DNA of 64,000 bases from an uncultured Planctomycetia bacterium (GCA_964629655.1 CAZVQU010000003.1:17613-81612), one strand, 5' to 3'; counted from the stretch's first letter, positions 45,583 to 55,939 are shown. Program-made: numbers and translations. Notes: a model not told the origin generated them from the sequence alone.

Positions 45583-46608
45583 ATGAAGAATCTCAAGTTT
45601 ATTTTGTTAGCTTTGATCAGCGGTCTCATCTTTGCGTTTATTATTTGCGAAAGTTTCTTACATATTTTTAATTTGCCCAAGAGTAATAATTTATACTACT
45701 CCTTTGTGAATCCAGAACTTCAACGCAAGGAGTTTATTTTTGATACATATTTATTTTGGAAAGCAAAACTTCATGGAATAGTTTATGGGAGGAAAGTAAA
45801 CAATAAAGGATTTAGAGGGGGCAATTTTTCAGAACAAAAAGATAAAAATGTAATTAGAATTATATTTCTAGGAGGTTCATGTACTTTTCAGGCAGAGGTT
45901 GAAAATAAGAATACTGTAGTTTGCCTGCTGCAGGAAATGCTGAAAGAAGATTTTCCTGGAAAAAATATTCAAGTTTACAACATGGGAATGCCTGGTTACA
46001 GTTCATTGCAAGGTTTAAGATTGCTAAAGGCACAAGCTTTAAAATATTCGCCGGATATATTACTGGTAAATTTTGGGCATAATGATGCTGCTTTTGCATT
46101 TTATTTTGCTGACAAACAGCAGATAGCTACAAAGATTAAGTATCTTTTCGAAAAAACATTCAGCAAAATAAGATGTTATCGTTTAGTAAGAGATGCCTGT
46201 AATAAGGCTTTAGTGAGTTCTGAATTAAGAAGTTCCAGATTTCAACCGAGAGTTAATCTCCAAGATTACCATGATAACATGGCTGAAATCTGCAAAATTG
46301 CGAAAGATAATAATATAAAAATTATTCTATACGATTTACCTATTTTGAAAAATATGGAGAGTGAGGAGTATTATAAATTTAGGCAAAGTTACTTTGATAA
46401 TTTAAGGAATGTAGCAAAGGATAATGCAGTGACTTTTGCGAATGTCAGATCCGTTTTTGTAGATGATATTGAGGCCTATTTTAACAATCCCGAAAGAGAT
46501 CCGATTCATCTTAATGAAGAAGGTTATAAAATGGTAGCTAGGATACTATATCCAACCGTTATTAAATCTGTTGATGAGATTGTTAGAAGCTGGCCGTCAG
46601 GACTCTAG
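45583..46608 (+). CDS. SGNH/GDSL-family hydrolase with N-terminal TM anchor
   Basis: IIFLGGSCT (block I Ser), GHNDAA (block III), DPIHLNEEG (block V DxxH). Confidence 0.65.
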   Translation: MKNLKFILLALISGLIFAFIICESFLHIFNLPKSNNLYYSFVNPELQRKEFIFDTYLFWKAKLHGIVYGRKVNNKGFRGGNFSEQKDKNVIRIIFLGGSCTFQAEVENKNTVVCLLQEMLKEDFPGKNIQVYNMGMPGYSSLQGLRLLKAQALKYSPDILLVNFGHNDAAFAFYFADKQQIATKIKYLFEKTFSKIRCYRLVRDACNKALVSSELRSSRFQPRVNLQDYHDNMAEICKIAKDNNIKIILYDLPILKNMESEEYYKFRQSYFDNLRNVAKDNAVTFANVRSVFVDDIEAYFNNPERDPIHLNEEGYKMVARILYPTVIKSVDEIVRSWPSGL

Positions 46609-46740
46609 CATTAGTGATAGACACTACTTCTTTTACTTTTCGGACTCGCCAGAATATACTTTGAGGTTTACAAGGAGAGGGGAATTATAGGGATTTTTTG
46701 GTATTGCATTGACAAATTTTGATATTCTAACTACACTAAC

Positions 46741-48762
46741 GTGACTCAAATAAACCTGTTTCCATACATAGGAGGAGATACATTGGATATTTACCTAGCA
46801 GATCTTAGAGCCAGCGAGGCAAGTAGTTCGGAGATGCCTTTAAACATAGGTAACATTGCTGCATTTTTAAAAAAACATTTACCCCAATTAAACCTTCAAC
46901 TATTTACAAATCCTTTAGAACTCAAGAAAGCCATTGATAATAAACCTCCAAAGATTTTTATGACAAGCAATTACTGTTGGAATAAAAATCTTTCTTTGTG
47001 CATGGCAAAATATGTAAAGAAGCGACAAACTCAATCCACTTGTATAATGGGAGGGCCAAATATCTCGCTTAACGCTTCGCAGAGAAAAAACTTCCTTAAG
47101 AAAAATCCGTCGGTCGATTTCTATGTTCTTTTTGATGCTGAATTAGCTATATTGAAATTAGTAAAAAGTTTGTTAGCTAACGATTTTGATATTGGAAAAA
47201 TTAAATCTTTGCCTGGAGAAATAGAAAGCGTCGCTTTTATTAATAGAGATAAGTATATCGAGTGCCCAGCAAAATCAAGACTTAAGTCTTTGGATGACAT
47301 CCCTTCTCCATATGCCATTGGTATAATGGACAAATTTTTTGCGACTTTTCAAACCCCAAAGATTCAATCTGTCCGAGGATGTCCATATTCTTGCGTTTAC
47401 TGTAATATGGGAATACCATATTATAGTAAGCTGATAAAAATGTCACTAAAGAGATTTAGCGATGACTTGGATATAATTGTTGATAAAATGAAAACATACA
47501 GATACGAAGTAAAAGGTATAAACATTATTGATGACAATTTTGGATTAGCTCCAGAAGACATCCATAAAGCAAGGATGTTGAAAAGTAAACATGATAAAAC
47601 TGGTTATCCCGATAGGATTGATGTCTACACAGCCAAGAATCTTACTAAGGGAGTTATAGAAGCAGCCAAAATTATAAAAGATCTTACATGTATTAACCAT
47701 ACTCCTCAGTCTTTGAATCCGGAGACCCTTAATGCTATCAAAAGACCCAATAAAGATATCAAAAAGTTTATAGAGTCAGGAAAATGGTTGACCAAGCAAG
47801 GTTTTCATGTCCATACGGAGTTAATTTCGGGGCTCCCTCTCGAGACAAAAAAATCTTTTATTGCCGGACTAAATTTACTAGATAATATAGGACTATCCGA
47901 ATATACAATTTATCAACTTACTATCATTGACGGCTCACCTATGGATAACTTGGATTACCTTAATAATTATGGGATTCGACTTAAATATAGAGCTTATCCT
48001 AACTCGAGGATAAAGATAGGAAACAAGATAATTGAAGAGTACGAAAAGGTAGTCTACAGAACTTCTAGCATGCTACCTAAGGATTATTTTTCTATTCGCC
48101 TGATTACTTTTTTGCTGCGACTACAAGTCGCAATGGGAGTTCCTGATTTTTTTGAATACCTTAAGAGTAGACATGGTATAAGCAGCTTTGACGTAGCAAA
48201 TCTGGTTGCTAACAAAGTCCTGGATGCTAATTTTAAAAAGGAGGGCAATAAGGCATTGGCGTTCCTAAGAGATTTTGATAATGAAGCTCACAGTGAGCTT
48301 CTAGACTCAGCAAGAGTACATAATGAAGTAGTCAAACAGAGAAAAAATTTAGTTCACAAATATCGAACTTTAATATTATTAAAGGAATATTCTTCTTTGT
48401 GTGATCTTTATCTATGTGTTCTACTCGATTCAAAATATATTAGGAGTAAAATGGAAAGAGAGATTCTTTCTGTTTTTCTTGAATTTATTAAACTTACCGA
48501 CATCAGATCTCTATTTATGGATGAAAAACTTCCAAGCATACAAGAGGTTTTACAATACAAGGTTTTTACACATAATATTAAAGATTTATCCAAGCTAAAA
48601 GACCCTGTTCACCGGTTGACTACTTTGCGTAAAGTAGGATATATTTATCCCGTCGAATATAAGGAGTCTATTCTAAATTTTTTGTCGAGAAATGATGAGG
48701 ATAGTTGTATTAATATTTGTAACAAATATGGATGGGCGTGTTTCAAGCTTAAAATGGCTTAA
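46741..48762 (+). CDS. B12-binding-domain radical SAM protein (class B)
   Basis: VRGCPYSCVYCNMG (CxxxCxxC) preceded by about 200-aa B12-binding-like region (IMGGPNISL). In-frame TTG 46783 after GGAGGAG is an alternative start. Promoter-like TTGACA-17-TACACT at 46711. Confidence 0.7.
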   Translation: MTQINLFPYIGGDTLDIYLADLRASEASSSEMPLNIGNIAAFLKKHLPQLNLQLFTNPLELKKAIDNKPPKIFMTSNYCWNKNLSLCMAKYVKKRQTQSTCIMGGPNISLNASQRKNFLKKNPSVDFYVLFDAELAILKLVKSLLANDFDIGKIKSLPGEIESVAFINRDKYIECPAKSRLKSLDDIPSPYAIGIMDKFFATFQTPKIQSVRGCPYSCVYCNMGIPYYSKLIKMSLKRFSDDLDIIVDKMKTYRYEVKGINIIDDNFGLAPEDIHKARMLKSKHDKTGYPDRIDVYTAKNLTKGVIEAAKIIKDLTCINHTPQSLNPETLNAIKRPNKDIKKFIESGKWLTKQGFHVHTELISGLPLETKKSFIAGLNLLDNIGLSEYTIYQLTIIDGSPMDNLDYLNNYGIRLKYRAYPNSRIKIGNKIIEEYEKVVYRTSSMLPKDYFSIRLITFLLRLQVAMGVPDFFEYLKSRHGISSFDVANLVANKVLDANFKKEGNKALAFLRDFDNEAHSELLDSARVHNEVVKQRKNLVHKYRTLILLKEYSSLCDLYLCVLLDSKYIRSKMEREILSVFLEFIKLTDIRSLFMDEKLPSIQEVLQYKVFTHNIKDLSKLKDPVHRLTTLRKVGYIYPVEYKESILNFLSRNDEDSCINICNKYGWACFKLKMA

Positions 48763-49097
48763 ATTAGAAGTTTCGACAGAAAATTTGTCAATGCGATACT
48801 AAAAGATTCCTATAATTTCCCTTCCTCGGCGATCGCAGTATCTAAAGGTAGGCTCTGCTGGCCTAACGGTCAGCTTCGCATTCATCCGGCTTCCGTGAGT
48901 TAAGTTTTAAACTATTCCACAAATCATTACATTCCTGCTATAATACCTCTCTATGAAAATCTATATTTAGACCCTTGGATGGAGATGGACGTAGTATTAT
49001 ACGATTTTTATGCCTTGCCTGAACAAGATTTGGTGATAGTCTAGATATCCTAGATTGATTGAGGGATGACGTTAGAGCTGTTAAATAAGATGTTTTA

Positions 49098-50159
49098 GTG
49101 AGATTGGAGTTAGGCTTGAAAGCAAAGAAATCTGTTACTTTAAGAGTTCTATTGGTTACTTTATTCGCAATAGGACTTTTAGTCTTGTGTGTTTTTGTAA
49201 AAGGATCTTCTCAAAGGCCTGAATTAAACGTTATTGAAAAGACCGATCTAGCCTTCAATATTGAGATAGACCAAAATGATACCTCTTTCTACAAAAATTT
49301 CATTAAGAACAATGTGCGATATCAAACGCCAATATCAAAGATAGAGCTTTTAAAGCAGATTAAAGATGCTCAGGATTATCTAGAGACTCATCCTTCAGGA
49401 AAAATTACTGGGGATTTAAGAAAAAGAATTATTACCGAGCTAAATGTAGGTTTTCTTTTGCATAAGCTTAATCAAAGAAAGCTAGTAGTAACTGTTGCTG
49501 CTACGCATCAATATGAAGGATATACTGAAAATGAGTTATTATTCAAAGATCCGCAAGTAGGAACTTTTTCTGTCCTGTTTCTAGTTCCTAACAAGGAGAA
49601 AAGATCTCATCCAGCAGTTGTTGGTTTGCATGGCCATGGTGATTCTAGCAAGAGATTTAGAGATAACTATTTTGGGAAAGAGCTAGCCAAAAAGGGATTT
49701 ATAGTTATTATGCCCTCTTTTCGAGCTATGTTTTGTGATGAAATAGAAAGAGTTATTAGTGAAGAATTGTATTTAAGCGGTTTTACTCTTATGGGGCTGA
49801 GGGTTTACGAAACACTTCTTACAATAAAATACCTAAAGCATAAAAATTTCGTTGATAAAATAGGCATCATGGGACATTCAGGCGGTAGCGACACCGCTTA
49901 TTTGGTTTCCATCATAAGCCCAGATTTACAGGCATTGGTCTATGACATGTATCCAAATCAACTTAATATGTGTTATGAAAGGATTCATTGTGAGACAATT
50001 CCAAGATTGGCTTATTATGGCTCTCAAATTAATGACTTTGCTACTTTAAAGATCCCTTCGCGGAAGTTTGAATATAGTGAATATGGATATTCTAACCCAG
50101 GTGATGCACAAAAAGTGACTACTTTCTTTAAAGAAAAACTAGAGTTAACAAAAGAGTAA
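49098..50159 (+). CDS. Alpha/beta-hydrolase-fold protein (dienelactone-hydrolase/esterase-like), N-terminal signal/anchor
   Basis: VVGLHGHGDSSKRF and nucleophile elbow GIMGHSGGSD. Likely true start TTG 49116 (MKAKKSVTLRVLLV...). Confidence 0.5.
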   Translation: MRLELGLKAKKSVTLRVLLVTLFAIGLLVLCVFVKGSSQRPELNVIEKTDLAFNIEIDQNDTSFYKNFIKNNVRYQTPISKIELLKQIKDAQDYLETHPSGKITGDLRKRIITELNVGFLLHKLNQRKLVVTVAATHQYEGYTENELLFKDPQVGTFSVLFLVPNKEKRSHPAVVGLHGHGDSSKRFRDNYFGKELAKKGFIVIMPSFRAMFCDEIERVISEELYLSGFTLMGLRVYETLLTIKYLKHKNFVDKIGIMGHSGGSDTAYLVSIISPDLQALVYDMYPNQLNMCYERIHCETIPRLAYYGSQINDFATLKIPSRKFEYSEYGYSNPGDAQKVTTFFKEKLELTKE

Positions 50160-50223
50160 GAGATTAAAACCAAAAGGATTCGCGCGAAAAATGCCTAAAA
50201 TCTATATTAAGACATTCGGCTGA

Positions 50224-50272
50224 CCCTTGGTTCCTTCTTTACAAATTCTCCAAACCCTTCCTTTTTACTGTA
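50224..50272. repeat. Intergenic repeat family 1, copy b
   Basis: See 42901-42947. Confidence 0.5.
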
Positions 50273-50289
50273 TTCCAGACAGAACTAGA

Positions 50290-50520
50290 TAGGCTAGCAC
50301 AGTCTTGAATGATGCCCCCGCCCGCCTTCACCTCCTGAACGTCGGCTACGGTGGGCTTGGTGATTGGTGTAGGCTTCGTTCGTCCTCGCTGGGGCTCGTC
50401 CTCACTTGGCGCTCGCTAGGCCGCTCGCTTCGCGGCGATGCCAATAGCATACGATTCGGCTTTTCTTCCCCCTTATCGGCTCACGTACGCCGATAAGGAT
50501 TATCTGCATCCTCTCCCTCG
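50290..50520. other. GC-rich (about 60%) non-coding island inside a 700-bp gene-free region. Contains perfect hairpin CCTTATCGGC-N8-GCCGATAAGG (50471-50498) and CG-rich low-complexity (cgctcg) tracts
   Basis: Composition contrasts with the about 38% GC surroundings. No convincing ORF (track ORF 50305-50496 is Arg/Ser/Leu-rich low complexity). Confidence 0.4.
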
Positions 50521-50615
50521 CAAAAAAAAAAACAACTCCTAAACCATAATTCTTTTATTTTATATCGGCGGCGGCGAAAAATTCCTAAAAGGTGTTTTTG
50601 CTCGGGGAGAGTCCG

Positions 50616-50667
50616 CATTCTGCCTACGCGATTGTCCCGTATTCATTTCGGGACATCGCTTGGCAGA
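50616..50667. other. Long imperfect hairpin (TTCTGCC..CGCGAT..GTCCCG-loop-CGGGAC..ATCGC..GGCAGAA), candidate structured RNA element or terminator
   Basis: Nested complementary segments read directly from the sequence. Confidence 0.3.
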
Positions 50668-50714
50668 ATAAAGCCGAATCTTTTTGCAAATATAAGTGGT
50701 TGCAATATCCCACC

Positions 50715-50759
50715 CACCCAAAGCCTGTCTCGGCCTACACCCCGAACCAGCCTTTTCCC
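50715..50759. repeat. Intergenic repeat family 2, copy a (cacccaaagcctgtctcggcctacaccccgaaccagccttttccc). Split copy at 55288-55307 + 55379-55409
   Basis: Part 1 cacccaaaRcctRtctcgg and part 2 tcggcctRcRcYccgaRccagccttttccc are conserved. The 55.3 kb copy carries about 70 bp inserted between the parts. Confidence 0.45.
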
Positions 50760-50858
50760 TAATTAAAAATAATTGCAAAATAATGCCTGAGAGTATAAAA
50801 TATTAATAAAGCGGTTGTAGTGTGTTTTAGTTAAAGGAATGTAAGGGAGGATAACGAA

Positions 50859-51242
50859 ATGCCTAACGCAAACAGTAAAAAGACAATATTGGTGGTAGAA
50901 GATAAACCTTTGAACATGAAACTTGCCGTAGATCTTCTTGAGCTAAATGGGTTTAACCTTCTAAAGGCTTTTGATGGAAAATCTGCCATTGAGATATTAA
51001 AAGAAAATATTCCAGATCTTGTTCTTATGGATATTGGTCTGCCTGACATGGATGGATTTGAATTGCTTAAGCTGGTGAGGCAAGACAAGCGATTCGATGA
51101 GATACCAATAGGCGCGTTTACCGCTTCAGTGATGCAGGAAGATGAGCAAAGAATTAAAGACGCTGGTTTTAATTTTTTCATTAGAAAACCAATTGATACA
51201 AAGAACTTTGTTAAAACAGTAAAAAACCTAGCAAGGGAATAA
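50859..51242 (+). CDS. Stand-alone response-regulator receiver (CheY-like)
   Basis: ILVVEDKPLN...DLVLMDIGLPDMDGFE...IRKPI. Confidence 0.8.
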   Translation: MPNANSKKTILVVEDKPLNMKLAVDLLELNGFNLLKAFDGKSAIEILKENIPDLVLMDIGLPDMDGFELLKLVRQDKRFDEIPIGAFTASVMQEDEQRIKDAGFNFFIRKPIDTKNFVKTVKNLARE

Positions 51243-51246
51243 ATAC

Positions 51247-51876
51247 ATGAATAGATCAAAATTACTGGGAATCATTATTATCTTAGTGGGTATTGTGGTA
51301 ATGACGGGGTGGATATTAGATATCGGAATCCTAAAAAGCATATTGCCTTTTTGGGTAACAATGAAATTTACAACAGCGCTTTCTTTTTTCTTAAGCGGCA
51401 CAACTCTTTATTTTATAGCTGATTTAGTGAAGAATAAAAGTGAGGTTGCCAGAGTAATTTTACCAATAACAACAATGGTTATTCTTCTGCTTATGGTCAC
51501 ACTTCTGGTTTCTACATTTTCAGGTATACGTACGGGAATTGAAGACCTGTTTGTAAGCGAATCTGAAGGAGCATTTAAAACTGTAATTCCTGGTAGACCA
51601 TCAGTAGGTACGATGGTAAATTTTACTTTTATAACCATTGCTGTGTTTTGTGTAATGCTTAACCTGAAAAAATCTTTATTTAGGCTAAAACTTATCGGTG
51701 GAACAATTTCTCTTGTGTCCGGTGTCGCAATTGTTGGCTATATCATTAATGTTCCACCTTTATATTATGCGATCGATAATTTTAGTACTGCGATGGCCTT
51801 TCATACTGCTATCCTTTTTCTTCTGTTAGGGGTTGGTTTATTCTTAGTATCAGGAGTCAAAGATAATGTTGATTAA
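51247..51876 (+). CDS. Integral membrane protein (about 6 TM), possibly a separate sensor module for the downstream kinase
   Basis: 209 aa, mostly hydrophobic. 11-nt overlap with the downstream HK start suggests translational coupling. Confidence 0.4.
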   Translation: MNRSKLLGIIIILVGIVVMTGWILDIGILKSILPFWVTMKFTTALSFFLSGTTLYFIADLVKNKSEVARVILPITTMVILLLMVTLLVSTFSGIRTGIEDLFVSESEGAFKTVIPGRPSVGTMVNFTFITIAVFCVMLNLKKSLFRLKLIGGTISLVSGVAIVGYIINVPPLYYAIDNFSTAMAFHTAILFLLLGVGLFLVSGVKDNVD

Positions 51877-53770
51877 AGTAAAACTTATTATTCTATTTGT
51901 TGTACTTGTTACGATTCCGCTGTTTTTTGTTAGCTTTATAAGCTATACAAATAGCAAAGATGCCTTAGAACAGGCAATCTTAAGCAAGCTGCATCTTGTT
52001 ACTGAATTTAGAGAGAGTGAGATACTTGTTTTTCTGGAGAATATTAAAAAACGTACAATACATTTTTCTTCCGAACCGGCAATTAAAGATTTTGTCAAAG
52101 AAGCCGCTGATGTTAACAAACATGAAATTGGAAGAAAGTTTACAAAATATTTATTCGAGCATGAAGCACTTAATGACAAAGATATAGTAGCTATAGATGT
52201 AGTAGATTTAAGTGGGCAGGTGATAATTTCAAGTAGCCCTTTAAGGATAGGCCGTGACTATAGCAAAACGAGTTCTTTTTTATACGGTAGAAACAAGGCA
52301 TATGTCAGCGACACGATAAGGAATGAAGAAGGGGTAGCAGGGTTTAGTGTATCCGTACCGATTATGTCTTATAAAAAAGATAAAGTTATCGGCGTTTGGG
52401 TGGCTCACTACGATGAAGATACTTTGAGCGGAATATTAACCGGAGAGAGAATTTTAAGATTGGGGGCGATGACTCAATGGAGAGGGGTAGGTAATACCGG
52501 AGAAAGTTATATAGTTAACCAAGATAAATTCATGATAACAGAATCATTATTTTTAGAAGATGCTATTTTGAATCAAAGAGTAGGTACCTATCCGGTAAAT
52601 AAGGGTTTGGAAGAAAACAAAGAAGTAAAAGGTGTATGGTTGGATTATCGCGGGATACCTGTAATTGGCGTTTCAATGGTTCTTCATATAGAAGATTTTA
52701 CTTGGGTTTTGCTTTCCGAACAAGATGTAAGTGAAGCGATTATCCCAGCACATGATCTCAGAAAGATATTACTTATGATAGTAGTTACCACAGCCTTAAT
52801 TATTATTTTAATAACGTTGTTAATTTCTCAATCAATTTCAGATCCGATTCGCGCTCTTCAGAAAGGTGCCAAGATAATAGGCGGAGGTAATTTAAATTAC
52901 AAGGTTGGCACTAAGGATAAGGATGAAATTGGCCAGCTTTCTAGGGATTTTGATAAAATGACAAATACGCTGCAAAAAACTACTGCCTCACGGGATTCCC
53001 TTAACAAAGAAATTTCTATACGTAAACGAGTAGAAGCGGACTTAACAAGTGCGAAAAAAGATGCTGAAGCAGCCAGCAAGGCAAAAAGTGATTTTCTTGC
53101 TAGTATGAGCCATGAATTAAGGACTCCCTTAAATGCAATTATAGGATTCTCGGAAGTATTAAGAGATGAAGCCTTTGGTCCTTTTAACGACAAACAGAAA
53201 GAATATACTGTTGATGTGTTAAATAGCGGTAAGCATCTCTTGTCGCTTATTAATGATATTCTAGATTTGTCAAAAATCGAAGCCGGTAAAACAGAGTTGT
53301 CACTAAGTGATTTTGACTTAAAAGCGGAGCTTGAAAATAGCCTATCAATGATAAAAGAAAAAGCTTTAAAACATAACATATCTATAGTTAAAAATATTAG
53401 CGATAATTTAGGAGTAGTGCGCGCTGATGAGAGAAAATTCAAGCAAATTATGTTTAATCTTCTATCTAATGCGGCAAAATTTACGCCTGATGGCGGTAAA
53501 ATCGGCATTGAAGCAAAAATGGAAGATAAAAATACAATTCTTATTACTGTGTGGGATACTGGTATTGGTATAGAAGAAAAAAATAAGGACAAGGTTTTTA
53601 AGGAGTTTGAGCAGATTGACTCAAGTCATTCACGAAAATATGCCGGTACAGGTTTGGGCATGCCATTGGCGAAGAGGTTTGTTGAGCTTCATAAAGGAAA
53701 GTTGTGGTTTGAAAGCAAGGGTAAGGATCAAGGCACTTATTTTTATTTTACGTTGCCCTTGAAAGGTTAA
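51866..53770 (+). CDS. Sensor histidine kinase (extracytoplasmic Cache-like domain, HAMP, HisKA, HATPase_c)
   Basis: TM1, about 270-aa periplasmic region, TM2. HAMP ISDPIRALQKGAKIIGGGNLNYKV...IGQLSRDFDKM. HisKA LASMSHELRTPLNAI. HATPase GTGLGMPLAKRFVELHKGKLWFES. Confidence 0.8.
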   Translation: MLIKVKLIILFVVLVTIPLFFVSFISYTNSKDALEQAILSKLHLVTEFRESEILVFLENIKKRTIHFSSEPAIKDFVKEAADVNKHEIGRKFTKYLFEHEALNDKDIVAIDVVDLSGQVIISSSPLRIGRDYSKTSSFLYGRNKAYVSDTIRNEEGVAGFSVSVPIMSYKKDKVIGVWVAHYDEDTLSGILTGERILRLGAMTQWRGVGNTGESYIVNQDKFMITESLFLEDAILNQRVGTYPVNKGLEENKEVKGVWLDYRGIPVIGVSMVLHIEDFTWVLLSEQDVSEAIIPAHDLRKILLMIVVTTALIIILITLLISQSISDPIRALQKGAKIIGGGNLNYKVGTKDKDEIGQLSRDFDKMTNTLQKTTASRDSLNKEISIRKRVEADLTSAKKDAEAASKAKSDFLASMSHELRTPLNAIIGFSEVLRDEAFGPFNDKQKEYTVDVLNSGKHLLSLINDILDLSKIEAGKTELSLSDFDLKAELENSLSMIKEKALKHNISIVKNISDNLGVVRADERKFKQIMFNLLSNAAKFTPDGGKIGIEAKMEDKNTILITVWDTGIGIEEKNKDKVFKEFEQIDSSHSRKYAGTGLGMPLAKRFVELHKGKLWFESKGKDQGTYFYFTLPLKG

Positions 53771-53774
53771 AGCG

Positions 53775-55232
53775 ATGGATAAAAAGGCAAAGATATTGGT
53801 TGTTGATGATGAGCCGCAAAATGTTAAATTGCTAGAAGCGCACCTTTTGCCAAAAGGTTATGAGATTCTGACCGCTTCAAACGGAAAAGAAGCCTTGCAA
53901 GTTGTTGTCGACAATGATATAGATTTAATTTTACTCGATATAATGATGCCGGAAATGGATGGATTTGAAGTTACTAGAAAAATAAGGGCTGAGAAAGCTA
54001 CCCAGCTTATTCCGATAGTTCTTGTTACTGCCTTGAAGGAAACTGAGGACAGGATAAAAGGTATAGACGCTGGCTGTGATGATTTTATCTCTAAGCCGTT
54101 TGATAAAAATGAAGTAATGGCGCGGGTAAATACACTTTTAAAGCTAAGTTATCTTCGTAGGCAGCTTAACGAAAAGGAAAAGTTTGAAGCAGTTATTAAC
54201 GAGATAGGTGATGGTATTATTGTATGCGATAAAGACTGGATTATAAAAGATATTAATAATTCCGCACAGAAATACTTGAACATGTCTGAGCCCGGGAGTG
54301 CGAATTTATCTGAAGTTATTTTTAAGCTTTACTCGGTATCCATAGCAAAAGAAGAAATTTCAGATTTTTCAATTCCACACATGACATTTGAGCTTATTCG
54401 TGAGGAAACGGAACAGTTCAAAGCCTTATATCTAGCCGCTAATTTGGATATTCTCAAAAATCCGGCAGGGGAAATTTCAAGCATAGTTCTGACTTTGCGT
54501 GATGTGACCGAAATGCGCAAAGAAGAGCTTATGAAGCAAGATTTTCTAAGTCTTATCTCACATAAATTGGCTACACCGATAGGAGCTATTAGCGGGAGTG
54601 CAGCTTTGTTTAAAAATGGAACCTTAGGGCCTTTGAACGAGGAGCAGGGCAAGTTTATGAATAGCATTTTGGAAAAGGCGCATTCGCTTGAAAGCTTACT
54701 TGATAAATTATTGGGATTTGTTACGATAGAGCGGAAAAAGATAGATTCGTTAAAAGAGCCAATAGAGCTCCAGAGCTATTTACCGGCCTTGCTCAATCCG
54801 ATAGTTGAGAAAAAAAATGGTAAAAAAATAAAACTGGACATTAATTGCCAAGGTGATGACATGAAAGTTTATATAAACAAAGGGCATCTTGATTTAATAA
54901 TTAAGAATCTTATTGAAAACGCTATTAAATTTAATGACAAGGATTTTAAAGAAATCATTGTTTCTGCTGAAAACTTAGCTGAGAAGATAAAGATCTCTGT
55001 TTCTGACAATGGTCCTGGTATACCTTCTGAGGAAAAAGATAAGATATTTCAAAAATTTTATCAGATTGAAAAATATTTTACCGGTAATGTCGAAGGCGTT
55101 GGTTTAGGCCTTGCCTTGGTAAAATGCCTCGTAACCGCCTATGGCGGCCAGATAGGTATAGAATCAGAAATTGGGAAAGGTTCAAAATTCACTTTTACCA
55201 TACCGAATCTTTCTGCAAATATAAGTGATTAA
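53775..55232 (+). CDS. Hybrid response-regulator receiver / PAS-like / histidine kinase
   Basis: REC ILVVDDEPQN...DLILLDIMMPEMDGFEV. HisKA LSLISHKLATPIGAI. HATPase GVGLGLALVKCLVTAYGGQIGIES. Confidence 0.8.
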   Translation: MDKKAKILVVDDEPQNVKLLEAHLLPKGYEILTASNGKEALQVVVDNDIDLILLDIMMPEMDGFEVTRKIRAEKATQLIPIVLVTALKETEDRIKGIDAGCDDFISKPFDKNEVMARVNTLLKLSYLRRQLNEKEKFEAVINEIGDGIIVCDKDWIIKDINNSAQKYLNMSEPGSANLSEVIFKLYSVSIAKEEISDFSIPHMTFELIREETEQFKALYLAANLDILKNPAGEISSIVLTLRDVTEMRKEELMKQDFLSLISHKLATPIGAISGSAALFKNGTLGPLNEEQGKFMNSILEKAHSLESLLDKLLGFVTIERKKIDSLKEPIELQSYLPALLNPIVEKKNGKKIKLDINCQGDDMKVYINKGHLDLIIKNLIENAIKFNDKDFKEIIVSAENLAEKIKISVSDNGPGIPSEEKDKIFQKFYQIEKYFTGNVEGVGLGLALVKCLVTAYGGQIGIESEIGKGSKFTFTIPNLSANISD

Positions 55233-55287
55233 GAATACCCCATCCCTGGCTCCACATCTTTTGTTTTGCGAAGAAAAACAGTGGGGC

Positions 55288-55409
55288 CACCCAAAACCTA
55301 TCTCGGTGTGACCGAAGGATACAGCCGTAGGGAATGCCGAGAGTATTCCAAATTCATATTATTTAAGTAGCGACGGCCTCGGCCTGCGCTCCGAGCCAGC
55401 CTTTTCCCC
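55288..55409. repeat. Intergenic repeat family 2, copy b (interrupted by about 70-bp insert 55308-55378)
   Basis: See 50715-50759. Confidence 0.45.
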
Positions 55410-55729
55410 AAAAAGAATACTCAAAAGACAACCCTTCCAAAGAAAGAGCTGAATACCTTTTTTCACATAAAAACAAATAACATATCATTTAGAACCTGTA
55501 AAGGATCTACGGGTCAAAAAATTTGCCTCATTTTTTAATCTTTCTATACAGCACGGATAAATTGCTTCGCACCCTTCGGGGAGCCTCAATTTTTAGCTTC
55601 CGTTCCTCCTTGACAGAACCTAAATGATAATGTGAAGAGGTCATTAAGCGAAAAAAGGTTTTTAGATATTTTTTAATAAAGGCTCTCTCACAAAGTTAAT
55701 AAGGCGAATAAACAAAAGGAGGTGTTGTT

Positions 55730-55939
55730 ATGGTAGGTAAAAGGTTTAGGTTACCCGAGGGTTATAGTTTCTATATTCTTTATCAGGGTAGGCGCTGGTC
55801 TGCTAATCGGGTATATTCTAATATTCGTCAAGTTCAAGCAGTAATGATTCAAGTTATGAAGGCTGGTAATCTCTCTAATTGCCCTATAGTAGCTATTGGG
55901 CAAGACGTAGCTTATAAATATCAAAAGGCTTGGTCTTGA
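55730..55939 (+). CDS. Hypothetical small protein
   Basis: 69-aa ORF with RBS AAAGGAGG 7 nt upstream. No motif recognised. Confidence 0.3.
   Translation: MVGKRFRLPEGYSFYILYQGRRWSANRVYSNIRQVQAVMIQVMKAGNLSNCPIVAIGQDVAYKYQKAWS

Noticed and set aside
45553-45585. tRNA-like hairpin GGTTTAGG-attcgc-CCTAAACC followed by aGGTTCGcaaacc
   Set aside because: No acceptor stem, D-arm or proper T-loop (GTTCRANYC) could be assembled. Probably a plain stem-loop in the 3' region of the receiver gene. No U-tract, so not called as a terminator either.
48829-48836. GCGATCGC (cyanobacterial HIP1-like octamer), also present at 19113-19120
   Set aside because: Two copies in 64 kb is about the chance expectation for a palindromic 8-mer. 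No enrichment.
50305-50778. Track ORFs 50305-50496 (+) and 50560-50778 (-) in the gene-free region
   Set aside because: Arg/Ser/Leu/Gly-rich low-complexity translations of GC-rich DNA with no RBS. Treated as non-coding.
55570-55600. cacCCttcgGGgag stem with UUCG-like loop followed by a short T-run
   Set aside because: The stem is too short (3-4 bp) to call a terminator confidently, and no gene ends nearby.
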